Positions 31,437 through 41,964 of a DNA stretch of 64,000 nt are shown here, piece after piece. Each line of letters starts with the position of its first letter. The first letter of the stretch is position 1. The notes below the pieces were generated by a model, which ran no database searches, had not been told where the DNA came from, and saw only the letters and a list, made by a program, of their open reading frames with translations. The DNA is from an uncultured delta proteobacterium (GTDB taxonomy: Bacteria; Desulfobacterota; Desulfomonilia; UBA1062): NCBI GenBank assembly GCA_963785235.1, contig CAWAUM010000013.1, forward strand, positions 64,001 to 128,000, given 5' to 3'. The translations under genes and the position numbers were made by a program.

Positions 31437-32879
31437 ATGAAGAAGGTTTTTTTAGCAGTACTGATTGTCTTCTGTGCCACGGCAGCATACGCCGGGACAT
31501 ATGTAGACCCACTTACAGGCCCCCTGACAAACAGGGATAAGGTTTATCCCACATTTGGCACACCCCTGGTACAGTTCGATATCAGCGGTGAATTCGATGC
31601 CAGGGGCTATTACTGGGATAACGCTGCAATGAGAAAGGATTCAACAACCACACCGACCGTGCAGAATTCCTACATGAGAGGCTATCTGGATCTGTGGCCC
31701 AAGCTGAAGATCGGCGACACCCAGATCATCACCAAGATTCAGATGAGGGACCAGAACCCCTGGGCTCCTTTTTACAAAACCAATGGTACTGAACTTTTAG
31801 ACGTAACCTATGATATTCCAACACCCAAGGCGAACGACAATATCTCGGTGGAACGCGCATACATCCACCACAATTTCAATGAGAAGTGGTTCACCGAGAT
31901 CGGCCTTATGAGCGGCCAGTACTGGGGCACTAACTTTGGCGATAACATGTTGCCCAGGTGGCGTGTGAAGTTCCAGGGCATGACCGATTTCGGCGCTGTA
32001 GGTGCTATCTATGAGAAGATGTCCGAGGTTGGAAGCACAACAATAGAGGATTCCGAAAAGGACGACTATAACGCCTATGCCCTCTACGGAGTCACCAAGG
32101 TGGGCGACCTCACCATCGAGCCCCTCTTCTATTATCATGTGGACAGTGCTTTCTACCGTACACCAAATGCAGCCGTCACCTATACCGCCCAGGATAATGG
32201 CAATGACGGCTTTAGAATCCTGTACATTTCCCTTGCATCCAAAGGCAAGCTAGGCCCCCTGGGCATGGAGGCAGAGGTCTCCTATACAAAAAGAGATGGA
32301 AAAGGCATATCTTACACGGCATTGACAGGCCTGCAGCCTCCTGCACCTGCTTCACTGACAGGGACTTTTGACAACGATTGGGTAGAGTTAGGCGCTTACC
32401 TGAACCTGTGGAACGACATGGACTTCGGCAGAATGGGCGCCAAGCTTGCCTATGGCAGCTGGGACGAAGATGGCGGCTTGAAGAACCCCGCAACAGGGAA
32501 ATTCACAGGTGCCGGTCAGGACTTCCGTGAGGATTTCAAGTCCAACCTCATCCTTGGCGATGAGATCACCTTCGGCGGCGGCGAAGACCTCGTGGGTATG
32601 ACCCTGATCCAGCCCTATATCAAGAGCGTGAAGCTCGGCATGGACAAGTTAACGGGCAGCGCATCCTTCGGCTACATAATGTCCAACCAGAAGGAAACAG
32701 CCCTTGAAGACGCAACTGCTATGGAACTTGACCTTGGTGTGCAGTACAAACTCACCGACAACTTCCTCTATAAGGTTGACGCAGGTTATGCAGACATCAG
32801 CACGGAAAAGAAGTACTATGGCAACTCCGGTCCGGATCCAATCATGGTCCTTAGGCATGAGGTCATAGTAACCTTCTAA
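31437..32879 (+). CDS. Outer-membrane beta-barrel (porin-like) protein
   Basis: Signal peptide (AYA), alternating beta-strand pattern rich in G/Y/D, C-terminal Phe; strong AAGGAGG RBS. Confidence 0.75.
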   Translation: MKKVFLAVLIVFCATAAYAGTYVDPLTGPLTNRDKVYPTFGTPLVQFDISGEFDARGYYWDNAAMRKDSTTTPTVQNSYMRGYLDLWPKLKIGDTQIITKIQMRDQNPWAPFYKTNGTELLDVTYDIPTPKANDNISVERAYIHHNFNEKWFTEIGLMSGQYWGTNFGDNMLPRWRVKFQGMTDFGAVGAIYEKMSEVGSTTIEDSEKDDYNAYALYGVTKVGDLTIEPLFYYHVDSAFYRTPNAAVTYTAQDNGNDGFRILYISLASKGKLGPLGMEAEVSYTKRDGKGISYTALTGLQPPAPASLTGTFDNDWVELGAYLNLWNDMDFGRMGAKLAYGSWDEDGGLKNPATGKFTGAGQDFREDFKSNLILGDEITFGGGEDLVGMTLIQPYIKSVKLGMDKLTGSASFGYIMSNQKETALEDATAMELDLGVQYKLTDNFLYKVDAGYADISTEKKYYGNSGPDPIMVLRHEVIVTF

Positions 32880-32898
32880 GGAAACTCCTGTTATCAAC

Positions 32899-32932
32899 AA
32901 AAAAGCCCGCCTGTTCAGGCGGGCTTTTTTTT
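32899..32932. terminator. Bidirectional intrinsic terminator
   Basis: AAAAAAGCCCGCCTG-TT-CAGGCGGGCTTTTTT between convergent genes. Confidence 0.9.
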
Positions 32933-32942
32933 ATTCTTTCTT

Positions 32943-33017
32943 TGTAGGAGCGCCTTCAGGCGCGATATTGAGAAATGCGATGATTTCAAAAAAATCGAGG
33001 CTTAAGGCGCTCCTACA
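32943..33017. repeat. GTAG-family REP doublet (REPIN-like)
   Basis: TGTAGGAGCGCCTTCAGGCGCGA ... TCGAGGCTTAAGGCGCTCCTACA as an inverted pair. Confidence 0.8.
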
Positions 33018-33051
33018 TAGTGCACCATAAACCGTGTGACGCTTACAACCC

Positions 33052-34766
<1,715 letters not shown>

Positions 34767-34770
<4 letters not shown>

Positions 34771-36505
34771 CTCTTCTCAAAGACCTCCATCACATGCGAG
34801 CGCAGGTTCATTTTCTTGTGTTGTATCTCCTGTTTATGTCTCTGTAGCTCGTTGCGTTTGTTTCTGTCTTGCGTCTTCTCGGCATTATTCAACTCACCTT
34901 GAATCTTTCTGAGCTCTTCGTCGAACGCTAGACTCATAAACCGGCACACCGTATCAATCAAGGCCTTTTTTGCATCTCCGGGAAATTCTCCTAGTGCCAT
35001 GAGGCGCGATGCCGTCATCCTCACTTCATCAGGGCAGTCAGAATCGTTCAATACACTACCACCGTTCTTTAGGATATAGTCAAAAAGCCTTGCAAACACC
35101 TTGTTCTGGAATTCAAAGGTCATATGAGAAGCCCTCATGATGTCCACAGCCCTTACATCCAAGAGCATGAGCCTCGTTAAGGTCGCCTCAAGGGCATCCC
35201 GCTCATTTCCTGAACGTGACATGTCCTGCTGATATGGCGGACTCCCTTCGGGTCTGATCCTTTTCCCCACGACTTCAGCAGATACTCCGAGCTTAACTGC
35301 AAGCCTTTGTGTCAGGAGATCGCGCATGACATTATCATGGAGGCGTGCAAACATGGGCGCAAGTTCCTTTAGTATGGCATTCTTACCTCCCAGTTTTGAT
35401 GGATCATTCCGGGAAAACGATTCAAAGAACATCAACTCCCAGATATCCTGGGCCGATGACAGGAGCTCATTCCAGAGGCTGATCCCTTCGTTCGCGATGT
35501 CATCGGGGTCTTTGCCCTGGGGCAGGATAACGATTTTAGGTATGACATCGCTTGCCAGAAACGGATCCATGGCCCTCACCATGGCATTCCTGCCCGCAGA
35601 GTCACCATCAAACACAAGGGTAATATCATCGGTGAAACGGCGCAACAGCCGGACATGGTCCTCTCCAAGGGCGGTTCCCAGTGTTGCAACCGCTGCAGGA
35701 AAGCCGGCATTTGCCAGGGACACGACATCCATGTACCCTTCCACCACCACCGCACCGCTCTGCCTGATCCGGCTCCGCGCAGAATGGAGGTTGTACAGGA
35801 CCCTCTTCTTTTCAAAAATCGGGCTTTCAGGGGTGTTGAGATATTTCGGCTCGCCTTCACCCATAATCCGGCCGCCAAACCCGATGACCTCTCCTGATAA
35901 ATCAATGATGGGAAAGATTACCCGGCCTCGGAACCTGTCGTAAAATCCGCTGCTCTTTCTGGGTGCTATGAGCCCGGCCTTCTCTGCTGCCACCTGGGGG
36001 ATACCACTGCGTTGAAGAAAAGAGGTCAGAGCTATCCCAGGAATCAGGCGCAAACCCGATATGAAACGCCCTGATGGTGTTCTCGGTAATGCCCCTGCCT
36101 GCTAAATACCTCCGCGCATCCTCGCCCTTTACCGAATTGAGCTGCTGCTCGAAAAAGGTCATGGCAGCCTTGTTGGCTTCGTAATAGATCTTTTTCTCGG
36201 ATGATGGTTGCCTTTTATCGGGTTCAAGGGTGATACCGGCCTTAAGGGCAAGTTCGGTAATGGCCTCGGCAAAGCTGAATCCTTTTTTGTCCATGACAAA
36301 GGAAATAACGTCCCCACCCCGGTCACACCCGAAGCACTTGTAACTCTGCTTGTCCGGGTCTACGGAAAATGATGGTGTCTTTTCTGAATGGAAGGGGCAG
36401 AGCCCCCAGAAAGACTTTCCCTTCTTCTTGAGCTGTACATACTCGGATATGACTGTAACGATATCACTGACAGCCTTGATCTGCTCGACCTGAGGATTTA
36501 TCCAT
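34767..36505 (-). CDS. dnaG: DNA primase, frameshifts near 36493 and 36050
   Basis: CHC2 zinc finger [22 protein letters not shown], and TOPRIM EGYMD and FDGD. ATG 36505 abuts the mutS2 stop. Confidence 0.95.
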
Positions 36506-38773
36506 TTATTTCCCCCCGAGCAGCACGATGGTCTTGTTGCCTCCGCCTTCGACCATGGGGGCGTCATGCAGGGTCCTCACGCACGGCAATTCGTTGAGAT
36601 ACTCGCGGATGGCCTTCTTAAGCCTGCCGGTCCCGGCCCCATGGATGATCTCGAGAGAATCCTGGCCCGTGAGCATTGCCCGGTCGATGGCCCGCTCCAC
36701 AAGAGGGATGGCCTCATGGACCCTCATGCCTATCACCTTAATTGGTAAGACCGGAGAAGGGCCTTTCAGGCGTGAAACGGTTTCCTTCCTGATGCGGTTC
36801 TCCTCAGGCTGTGAAACGACATCCAGCTGGTCAAGGCCTACCTGCAGGCGTTTTGTGCCAAAGGCAACCTCCGCTGCATGCTGGCCTAACTCCATTACCT
36901 CGCCTTCCTGCTCAGTCCCTTTCAACCTCACCGTGCACCCCTTGCGGATATTCAGTGTCTGGGCAGGCGCGATCTCGGTGAGGACCTGTGCAAGCTCTAC
37001 GGCCTCGGGCATCTGTTTTACCAGATGCACAGCCTCGCGGGTCACCGGTCTTTTGGAAAGCTGTTCGATCTGTTCCAGCAACCTCTTGTACTTGAGCGCA
37101 CTTTCCATTTTTTCCTTCTGCGTGGTGCGAAGCTCCTGCTCGACCCTGGCCTTCATCCTTCTGGCATCTTCAAGGCTCTTCTCGGCCTCCTGCTTCAACG
37201 CAGACGCCTTTGAAATATCCTGGATGGCCTTGGCGAGCGGGGAATTTCCGGTACGACCGGCAATGCCCCGCGCCTCCACGATCAGGGCATGAGGAAACTC
37301 GATGGACTCCAGGATCTCAAAGGCCCTGCTCTGGCCGACCACCCCGTACTGGAGGGCATATAACGGCTTGAGGCCGGTGTCGTCAAAGGCCGTGGCTGCA
37401 TGTTCCACCCCGTCAGAGGTGATGCCGTAAAGCTTGACGAGGTCTGAATGCGAGGTAACCACCACGGTTGCGCCCTTTATGCGAAGCGCATCGATACAGG
37501 CCACAGCCAGGGCCCCGCCCTGGTCGTGGTCCGTTCCCGAGCCGGGCTCGTCGAGCAGCACAAGATCGCCGGGGCAGGTCTGTTCATAGATGTTTTTCAG
37601 GGAAATGGCATGGGCGGTGAATGATGAAAGGTCATGGGTGATGTCCTGGTTCGTGTCCATCTCCACCCTTATATTCCCCATGGGCGTGATGACGGAATCC
37701 GCCCCTGCGGGAATTGCCAGCCCGCTCTTTGCCATGAGGATGAGGAGACCCAGTGTCTTCAAAGCAACGGTCTTGCCGCCTGCATTGGGACCGGTGATGA
37801 TGAGGCAGTCCTTCCCCTTGGGGATCCGGATGTCAAGCGCCACCGTTGAAGCCCTTCCCAGCCTTTCGAGAAGGATGGGGTGCCGGGCACCATGAAGGCG
37901 GATCTCTTCCCCTTCTATCCGGGGAATGGTGCCTCCTGTGTTAATGGCCCACCGGGCTTTGGCGGACACAAGGTCAAGCCCGCCGTAGACAAGCAGGTTT
38001 TCTCGTATCTCGGGTGCGTTATCATGAACCAGCGAGGTGAGCTCCTTGAGCACCTTATGCTCTTCTTCAGTTATCTGTCCCTTGATCTGATTTAACGTGT
38101 TATTCTCGTCAACCAAGGACAGGGGCTCCACATAGGCTGTCCGGTTCGTCCTGGAGTAGTCGTGGATGATGCCTTTCATGTGTACGTGGTAGTCGTGCCG
38201 CACAGGAATCACATAGCGGTCATTCCTCTTGGTTATGAGCTCCTCCATAAGAACAGACTTGGTTTTAAGCTTCTCCAGGATATGCTCGAGCTTCTCCAGA
38301 ATGGAAGATCTCATGGCGCGGTAGCGGGAGCGAAGGTCTCTCAGGTATGGATATGCCTCATCCGAGATCTCACCTGTGGATAGAAGCATGGCATCGATAC
38401 CGGCGGATACATGACTAAGGGGCTCCATGGTTGCAACCGCCTCCAAGAGCAACCCGCCTGAGTCGGTAAGCACCCTTTTCAGTCTTGCCATATCTATCAG
38501 AGCACCTGAGATCTTGATAAGATCCTGCCCTTCAAGCGCTGAGCCTTCTCTGACGGAAAGCAGGGGCCGGATGTCGGCAATGGCGGCTATGGCAGGTGAG
38601 TTGCCTGAATTCATGAGTTCAATCATCTCCTGGAGCAGGGCGAGCCGATAGCGGGCATCCTCCCAGGAATCGCTTGGACTCAAGCCCGAAAGGGCGCTAA
38701 GGCCGATTTCGGAGGAAACAAAAGGTTTTATATACTCCTTCAGGGCGGAGAACTCTAACAGATCATTTCTCAT
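36506..38773 (-). CDS. mutS2: MutS2 endonuclease with Smr domain
   Basis: TGPNAGGKT, LSSFTAH, LLDEPGSGTD and IIHGAGTGRL. Confidence 0.93.
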   Translation of the reverse strand: MRNDLLEFSALKEYIKPFVSSEIGLSALSGLSPSDSWEDARYRLALLQEMIELMNSGNSPAIAAIADIRPLLSVREGSALEGQDLIKISGALIDMARLKRVLTDSGGLLLEAVATMEPLSHVSAGIDAMLLSTGEISDEAYPYLRDLRSRYRAMRSSILEKLEHILEKLKTKSVLMEELITKRNDRYVIPVRHDYHVHMKGIIHDYSRTNRTAYVEPLSLVDENNTLNQIKGQITEEEHKVLKELTSLVHDNAPEIRENLLVYGGLDLVSAKARWAINTGGTIPRIEGEEIRLHGARHPILLERLGRASTVALDIRIPKGKDCLIITGPNAGGKTVALKTLGLLILMAKSGLAIPAGADSVITPMGNIRVEMDTNQDITHDLSSFTAHAISLKNIYEQTCPGDLVLLDEPGSGTDHDQGGALAVACIDALRIKGATVVVTSHSDLVKLYGITSDGVEHAATAFDDTGLKPLYALQYGVVGQSRAFEILESIEFPHALIVEARGIAGRTGNSPLAKAIQDISKASALKQEAEKSLEDARRMKARVEQELRTTQKEKMESALKYKRLLEQIEQLSKRPVTREAVHLVKQMPEAVELAQVLTEIAPAQTLNIRKGCTVRLKGTEQEGEVMELGQHAAEVAFGTKRLQVGLDQLDVVSQPEENRIRKETVSRLKGPSPVLPIKVIGMRVHEAIPLVERAIDRAMLTGQDSLEIIHGAGTGRLKKAIREYLNELPCVRTLHDAPMVEGGGNKTIVLLGGK

Positions 38774-38826
38774 GAAGGTGCGAATCAGGCAGCAATGTTT
38801 GCGTTGCCGCTATAGAGTCTGTGATA

Positions 38827-39264
38827 TCACTGCAGCAAAGAATTTACTACGCCGCTGATGACCTTGCCGTCTGCCTGGCCTTCCACCCTGGCCATGACGA
38901 GTTTCATGACCTTGCCGAATTCCTTCTTGGTGGCGCCGGTTTCGGCAATGATCTCTTTGGTGATTGTCCTTATCGCCTCTTCATCCATCTCTTTGGGCAA
39001 ATAAGACTTGAGGATCTCGAGGTTCTTCTCTTCGAGCTTTGCAAGATCCACCCTGCCCCCTTTGGTGAACTGCTCCAGGGAATCAATGACCTGCTTTATC
39101 TGAGTACGCAGGACCTTGGTGACCTCCTGGTCATCAAGGTCCTGATTGAGGGCAACCTGCCTGTACTTGATCGCTGAAATCGCCATGCGCAGACAAGACA
39201 ACCTGTCCTTGTCCTTCGCCTTCATGGCTTTTTCTAAATCGGCTTTGATCTTTTCTATCAGCAT
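38827..39264 (-). CDS. yqeY: GatB/YqeY domain protein
   Basis: AMKAKDK.RL..LRM, YLP and FGKVMK..GQADGK. Confidence 0.93.
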   Translation of the reverse strand: MLIEKIKADLEKAMKAKDKDRLSCLRMAISAIKYRQVALNQDLDDQEVTKVLRTQIKQVIDSLEQFTKGGRVDLAKLEEKNLEILKSYLPKEMDEEAIRTITKEIIAETGATKKEFGKVMKLVMARVEGQADGKVISGVVNSLLQ

Positions 39265-39467
39265 CAGTAGTATGATCTTATCTTGCTCATTTTCTTTACT
39301 GCTCTCTTCCGGGCTGCAATGGCCTTGCGTTTCTTCTTTACGCTGGGCTTTTCGTAGAATTCTCGTTTGCGAACCTCAGAGAGAACACCCGCCTTTTCCA
39401 CCTGCTTTTTGAAGCGCTTAAGTGCGCCCTCAAAAGGCTCGGTCTCTCTCACTTTAATTCCGGGCAT
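39264..39467 (-). CDS. rpsU: 30S ribosomal protein S21
   Basis: [34 protein letters not shown]; true start ATG 39467. Confidence 0.95.
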   Translation of the reverse strand: MPGIKVRETEPFEGALKRFKKQVEKAGVLSEVRKREFYEKPSVKKKRKAIAARKRAVKKMSKIRSYY

Positions 39468-39558
39468 GCGTTGGTCAAACACCCCCTCTCTGTATAGCTG
39501 CTCTGTACAAGAAGGAGATTGTATATAGAAACCCCCAGGTACTGTCAAGCCATTAAGT

Positions 39559-39963
39559 TCAATTGGAACTTCTCTTCTTAGTTTTCATATATCCGGCCAG
39601 CCCGATTAATCCGGTACCCAGCAATATCATAGTGGCAGGCTCGGGTACGGGTGCAGGGGTATCATGATCATTCCTCAGGTTAAACAGGACTCTGTTAGAA
39701 TTCCCCCGGTTCGCAACAATAGTATTCCAAGGGTCCATGGCAGCGAAATTTCCCTGCGCACCTTCCCATAAGGGGGCGTCCCAATTCGTCCCGGACAAAG
39801 CCGGGATAAGGTTTGTATTAATGAATTGCTGAGGCCGAATGATATTGTACTCTACCGTGTAATTGACATAATTACGAAGATTGATCGGTGCCGCTTCAGC
39901 ATGAGTCAGGAAACTCGGAATTATCATAAGTGAAAGCAACAAAGTTATTCTCTTCATCTCCAT
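39559..39963 (-). CDS. Small PEP-CTERM sorting-domain protein
   Basis: Signal peptide plus [20 protein letters not shown] and a basic tail; AGGAGG RBS. Confidence 0.9.
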   Translation of the reverse strand: MEMKRITLLLSLMIIPSFLTHAEAAPINLRNYVNYTVEYNIIRPQQFINTNLIPALSGTNWDAPLWEGAQGNFAAMDPWNTIVANRGNSNRVLFNLRNDHDTPAPVPEPATMILLGTGLIGLAGYMKTKKRSSN

Positions 39964-40078
39964 GTACCTCCTTTTTTTGAAAAACGAGGGAGGGATTTAG
40001 GGCTCCCTCCCTCAATAGAAATGAGGGGTTTAGCTTCTACCTTTTCTCTAGTAGTACTTTGTCTTTGAAGGGGTGTAA

Positions 40079-40094
40079 TTCAATAGGCATGCCA
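40079..40094 (-). promoter_or_regulatory. Putative sigma54 promoter of the PEP-CTERM gene
   Basis: TGGCATGCCTATTGAA, GG-N10-GA. Confidence 0.55.
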
Positions 40095-40179
40095 TAGCCA
40101 TCAATGGAAAAAACATCTATGATATCATTCTAGTACATATCCAAAGATTTCCATACCCGTAAAATAATTGGACGGATTG

Positions 40180-40216
40180 TCTTATGAGAAAGGATAAGTC
40201 CTTTTTAACAGGAATA
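40180..40216. promoter_or_regulatory. Tandem palindromic enhancer-like sites (UAS A)
   Basis: TCTT-N7-AGGA-N4-TCCT-N7-AGGAATA, with the same layout as 47711-47747. Confidence 0.65.
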
Positions 40217-40229
40217 CCGCTCACAGAAC

Positions 40230-40472
40230 TCATTGATGACTGGAAAGGGAGTGCTTCTTGAGCAAGGCGTATAACCTGGATCGTGAGAGGCCGGAGATCC
40301 TGCATGCCAGATCAACATTACCATCAGTTTGTCTCATAAGTTCAGATAGATAGACGTTCTCCATCTTCACAATGTATCGGTCTCGCACACCTTTGAGAGG
40401 ATGGAGGTCTGAATGCAGACTACGTTTCAAATCGGCAAAAATCCGGCTTGATAGAGATCTTGGTTTGTACAT
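40230..40472 (-). CDS. Stand-alone Fis-type HTH protein paralogous to the C-terminus of the adjacent sigma54 activator
   Basis: Shares YL.ELMRQT and an identical ACRISGLSRSRLYALLKKH with ORF 40520..41962. Confidence 0.7.
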   Translation of the reverse strand: MYKPRSLSSRIFADLKRSLHSDLHPLKGVRDRYIVKMENVYLSELMRQTDGNVDLACRISGLSRSRLYALLKKHSLSSHQ

Positions 40473-40483
40473 ATCAATGGAGT

Positions 40484-40499
40484 AACAAGTTATGTGCCA
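40484..40499 (-). promoter_or_regulatory. Putative sigma54 promoter with predicted +1 at ~40473
   Basis: TGGCACATAACTTGTT, GG-N10-GT; the predicted start site falls next to the ATG at 40472. Confidence 0.55.
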
Positions 40500-40519
40500 G
40501 CAATACTTCCTGATATTAT

Positions 40520-41962
40520 TCAGGTGATATTGTGTTTCTTCAACAAGGCATAGAGGCGCGAGCGTGACAATCCCGAGATCCTGCAGGCTGTCTCAATGTG
40601 TGTCTTAGTCTGCCTCATCAATTCCTGGAGATAGTGCTTCTCTATTTCTGCGATAGAATCTTCCCGCACTTCCTTGAGACTGGGAAGCGATGTGCTGGTG
40701 AAATCCCGGGTCGGTTTCTTCTTTTTGCCTGCAACGGCATTTTGTTTCACCTGCACATGAATATGATGGGGAAGGTGCTTGGGAACGAGGATTGAACTAT
40801 CTTGTGCAACAGTAATCGCGCTTTCGATTGCATGAATCAACTCTCTGACATTACCCGGCCATGAGTACTGCACGAGGGTATCACAGAAAGCGGCACTGAG
40901 GCGTTTCGGCTTCATGCCGGATTTTCTGGTTAGTCTGTTCAGGTACAGATCCGTCAGACCGAGAATATCTTCAGGACGCTCCCTGAGCGGGGGAATATGG
41001 ATGGTTATGGATTGCAGCCTGAAGAGAAGATCCTTCCTGAATCCGTCTGTTTCCACCATCTTGTCGAGATTCCGGTTGGTTGCGGATATAACCCTGAAAT
41101 CACTGTCCACCTCGCTCGATTTCCCCACAGGGCGGAAGCGGCCTTCCTGGAGGATTCGGAGGAAATTTTTCTGGGTGGCCAGGGGGAGTTCACCAACTTC
41201 GTCCAGAAAGAGGGTACCCTGGTGGGCCTGGGTAACAAGGCCGTGCTGTGATCTGTCCGCACCCGTATATGATCCCTTCTCATGGCCGAACAGAATGCTC
41301 TCCACCAGGTTCGGGGGCAATGCGGCACAGTCCACAATGACAAACTCATTTCCTGAACGCGCCGAGTTATTGTGGATCGAGCGTGCAAAGAGCTCCTTAC
41401 CTGTGCCTGTCTCACCCGTCAGCAGCACATTGGCCTCACTCTTAAAGGTCTTGCTCAATAATGCCAGACATTCTTTCATCCTGGGGCTCTTGGCGAATAT
41501 CCCCTCTTTCTCAAAATCAACAGCTTTGACTGGCTGTTTATTGCTCCTATGATAGATAACAACATCTTTGAGCAGTGTAGAGAGTTCGTTTTTTGAAAAG
41601 GGTTTTTCCAGGTAATCCCATGCCCCTTTGGAAAGGGCTGCCTCAACCGAATCCGGATCACCGTAACCGGTTATGACAATCACTTCCGGCCTGCCGATAT
41701 TCTGGGAGATTTGCGGGAGTTTCTCAATACCGTTTCCATCAGGCATATGCACATCGAGAAAAACGACATCATATGCGTCTGCGTGTGCCGCCCCGAGTCC
41801 ATCCTTCAAGGTCAAGGCTGTTGTGGTGGTATAGCCCAAGGTCTTGGCCACGTTGGCTATGGAATTACATACAAGGCTGTCATCATCAATGATGAGAATC
41901 TTTTCCTGATTATCTATAGGCACTTGAGAATAATATAGGCTTTCCATTGAGATGTAAAGCAC
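40520..41962 (-). CDS. NtrC-family sigma54-dependent response regulator (REC-AAA+-HTH)
   Basis: REC (IIDDD, FLDVHMPD), GETGTGKE, ESILFGHEKGSYTGA, LFLDEVG and WPGNVREL. Confidence 0.95.
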   Translation of the reverse strand: MLYISMESLYYSQVPIDNQEKILIIDDDSLVCNSIANVAKTLGYTTTTALTLKDGLGAAHADAYDVVFLDVHMPDGNGIEKLPQISQNIGRPEVIVITGYGDPDSVEAALSKGAWDYLEKPFSKNELSTLLKDVVIYHRSNKQPVKAVDFEKEGIFAKSPRMKECLALLSKTFKSEANVLLTGETGTGKELFARSIHNNSARSGNEFVIVDCAALPPNLVESILFGHEKGSYTGADRSQHGLVTQAHQGTLFLDEVGELPLATQKNFLRILQEGRFRPVGKSSEVDSDFRVISATNRNLDKMVETDGFRKDLLFRLQSITIHIPPLRERPEDILGLTDLYLNRLTRKSGMKPKRLSAAFCDTLVQYSWPGNVRELIHAIESAITVAQDSSILVPKHLPHHIHVQVKQNAVAGKKKKPTRDFTSTSLPSLKEVREDSIAEIEKHYLQELMRQTKTHIETACRISGLSRSRLYALLKKHNIT

Positions 41963-41964
41963 TC

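Noticed and set aside
35902-36567. Split dnaG as programmed frameshifting or a two-subunit primase
   Set aside because: There is no slippery heptamer, and the many similar indels across the window point to sequencing error.
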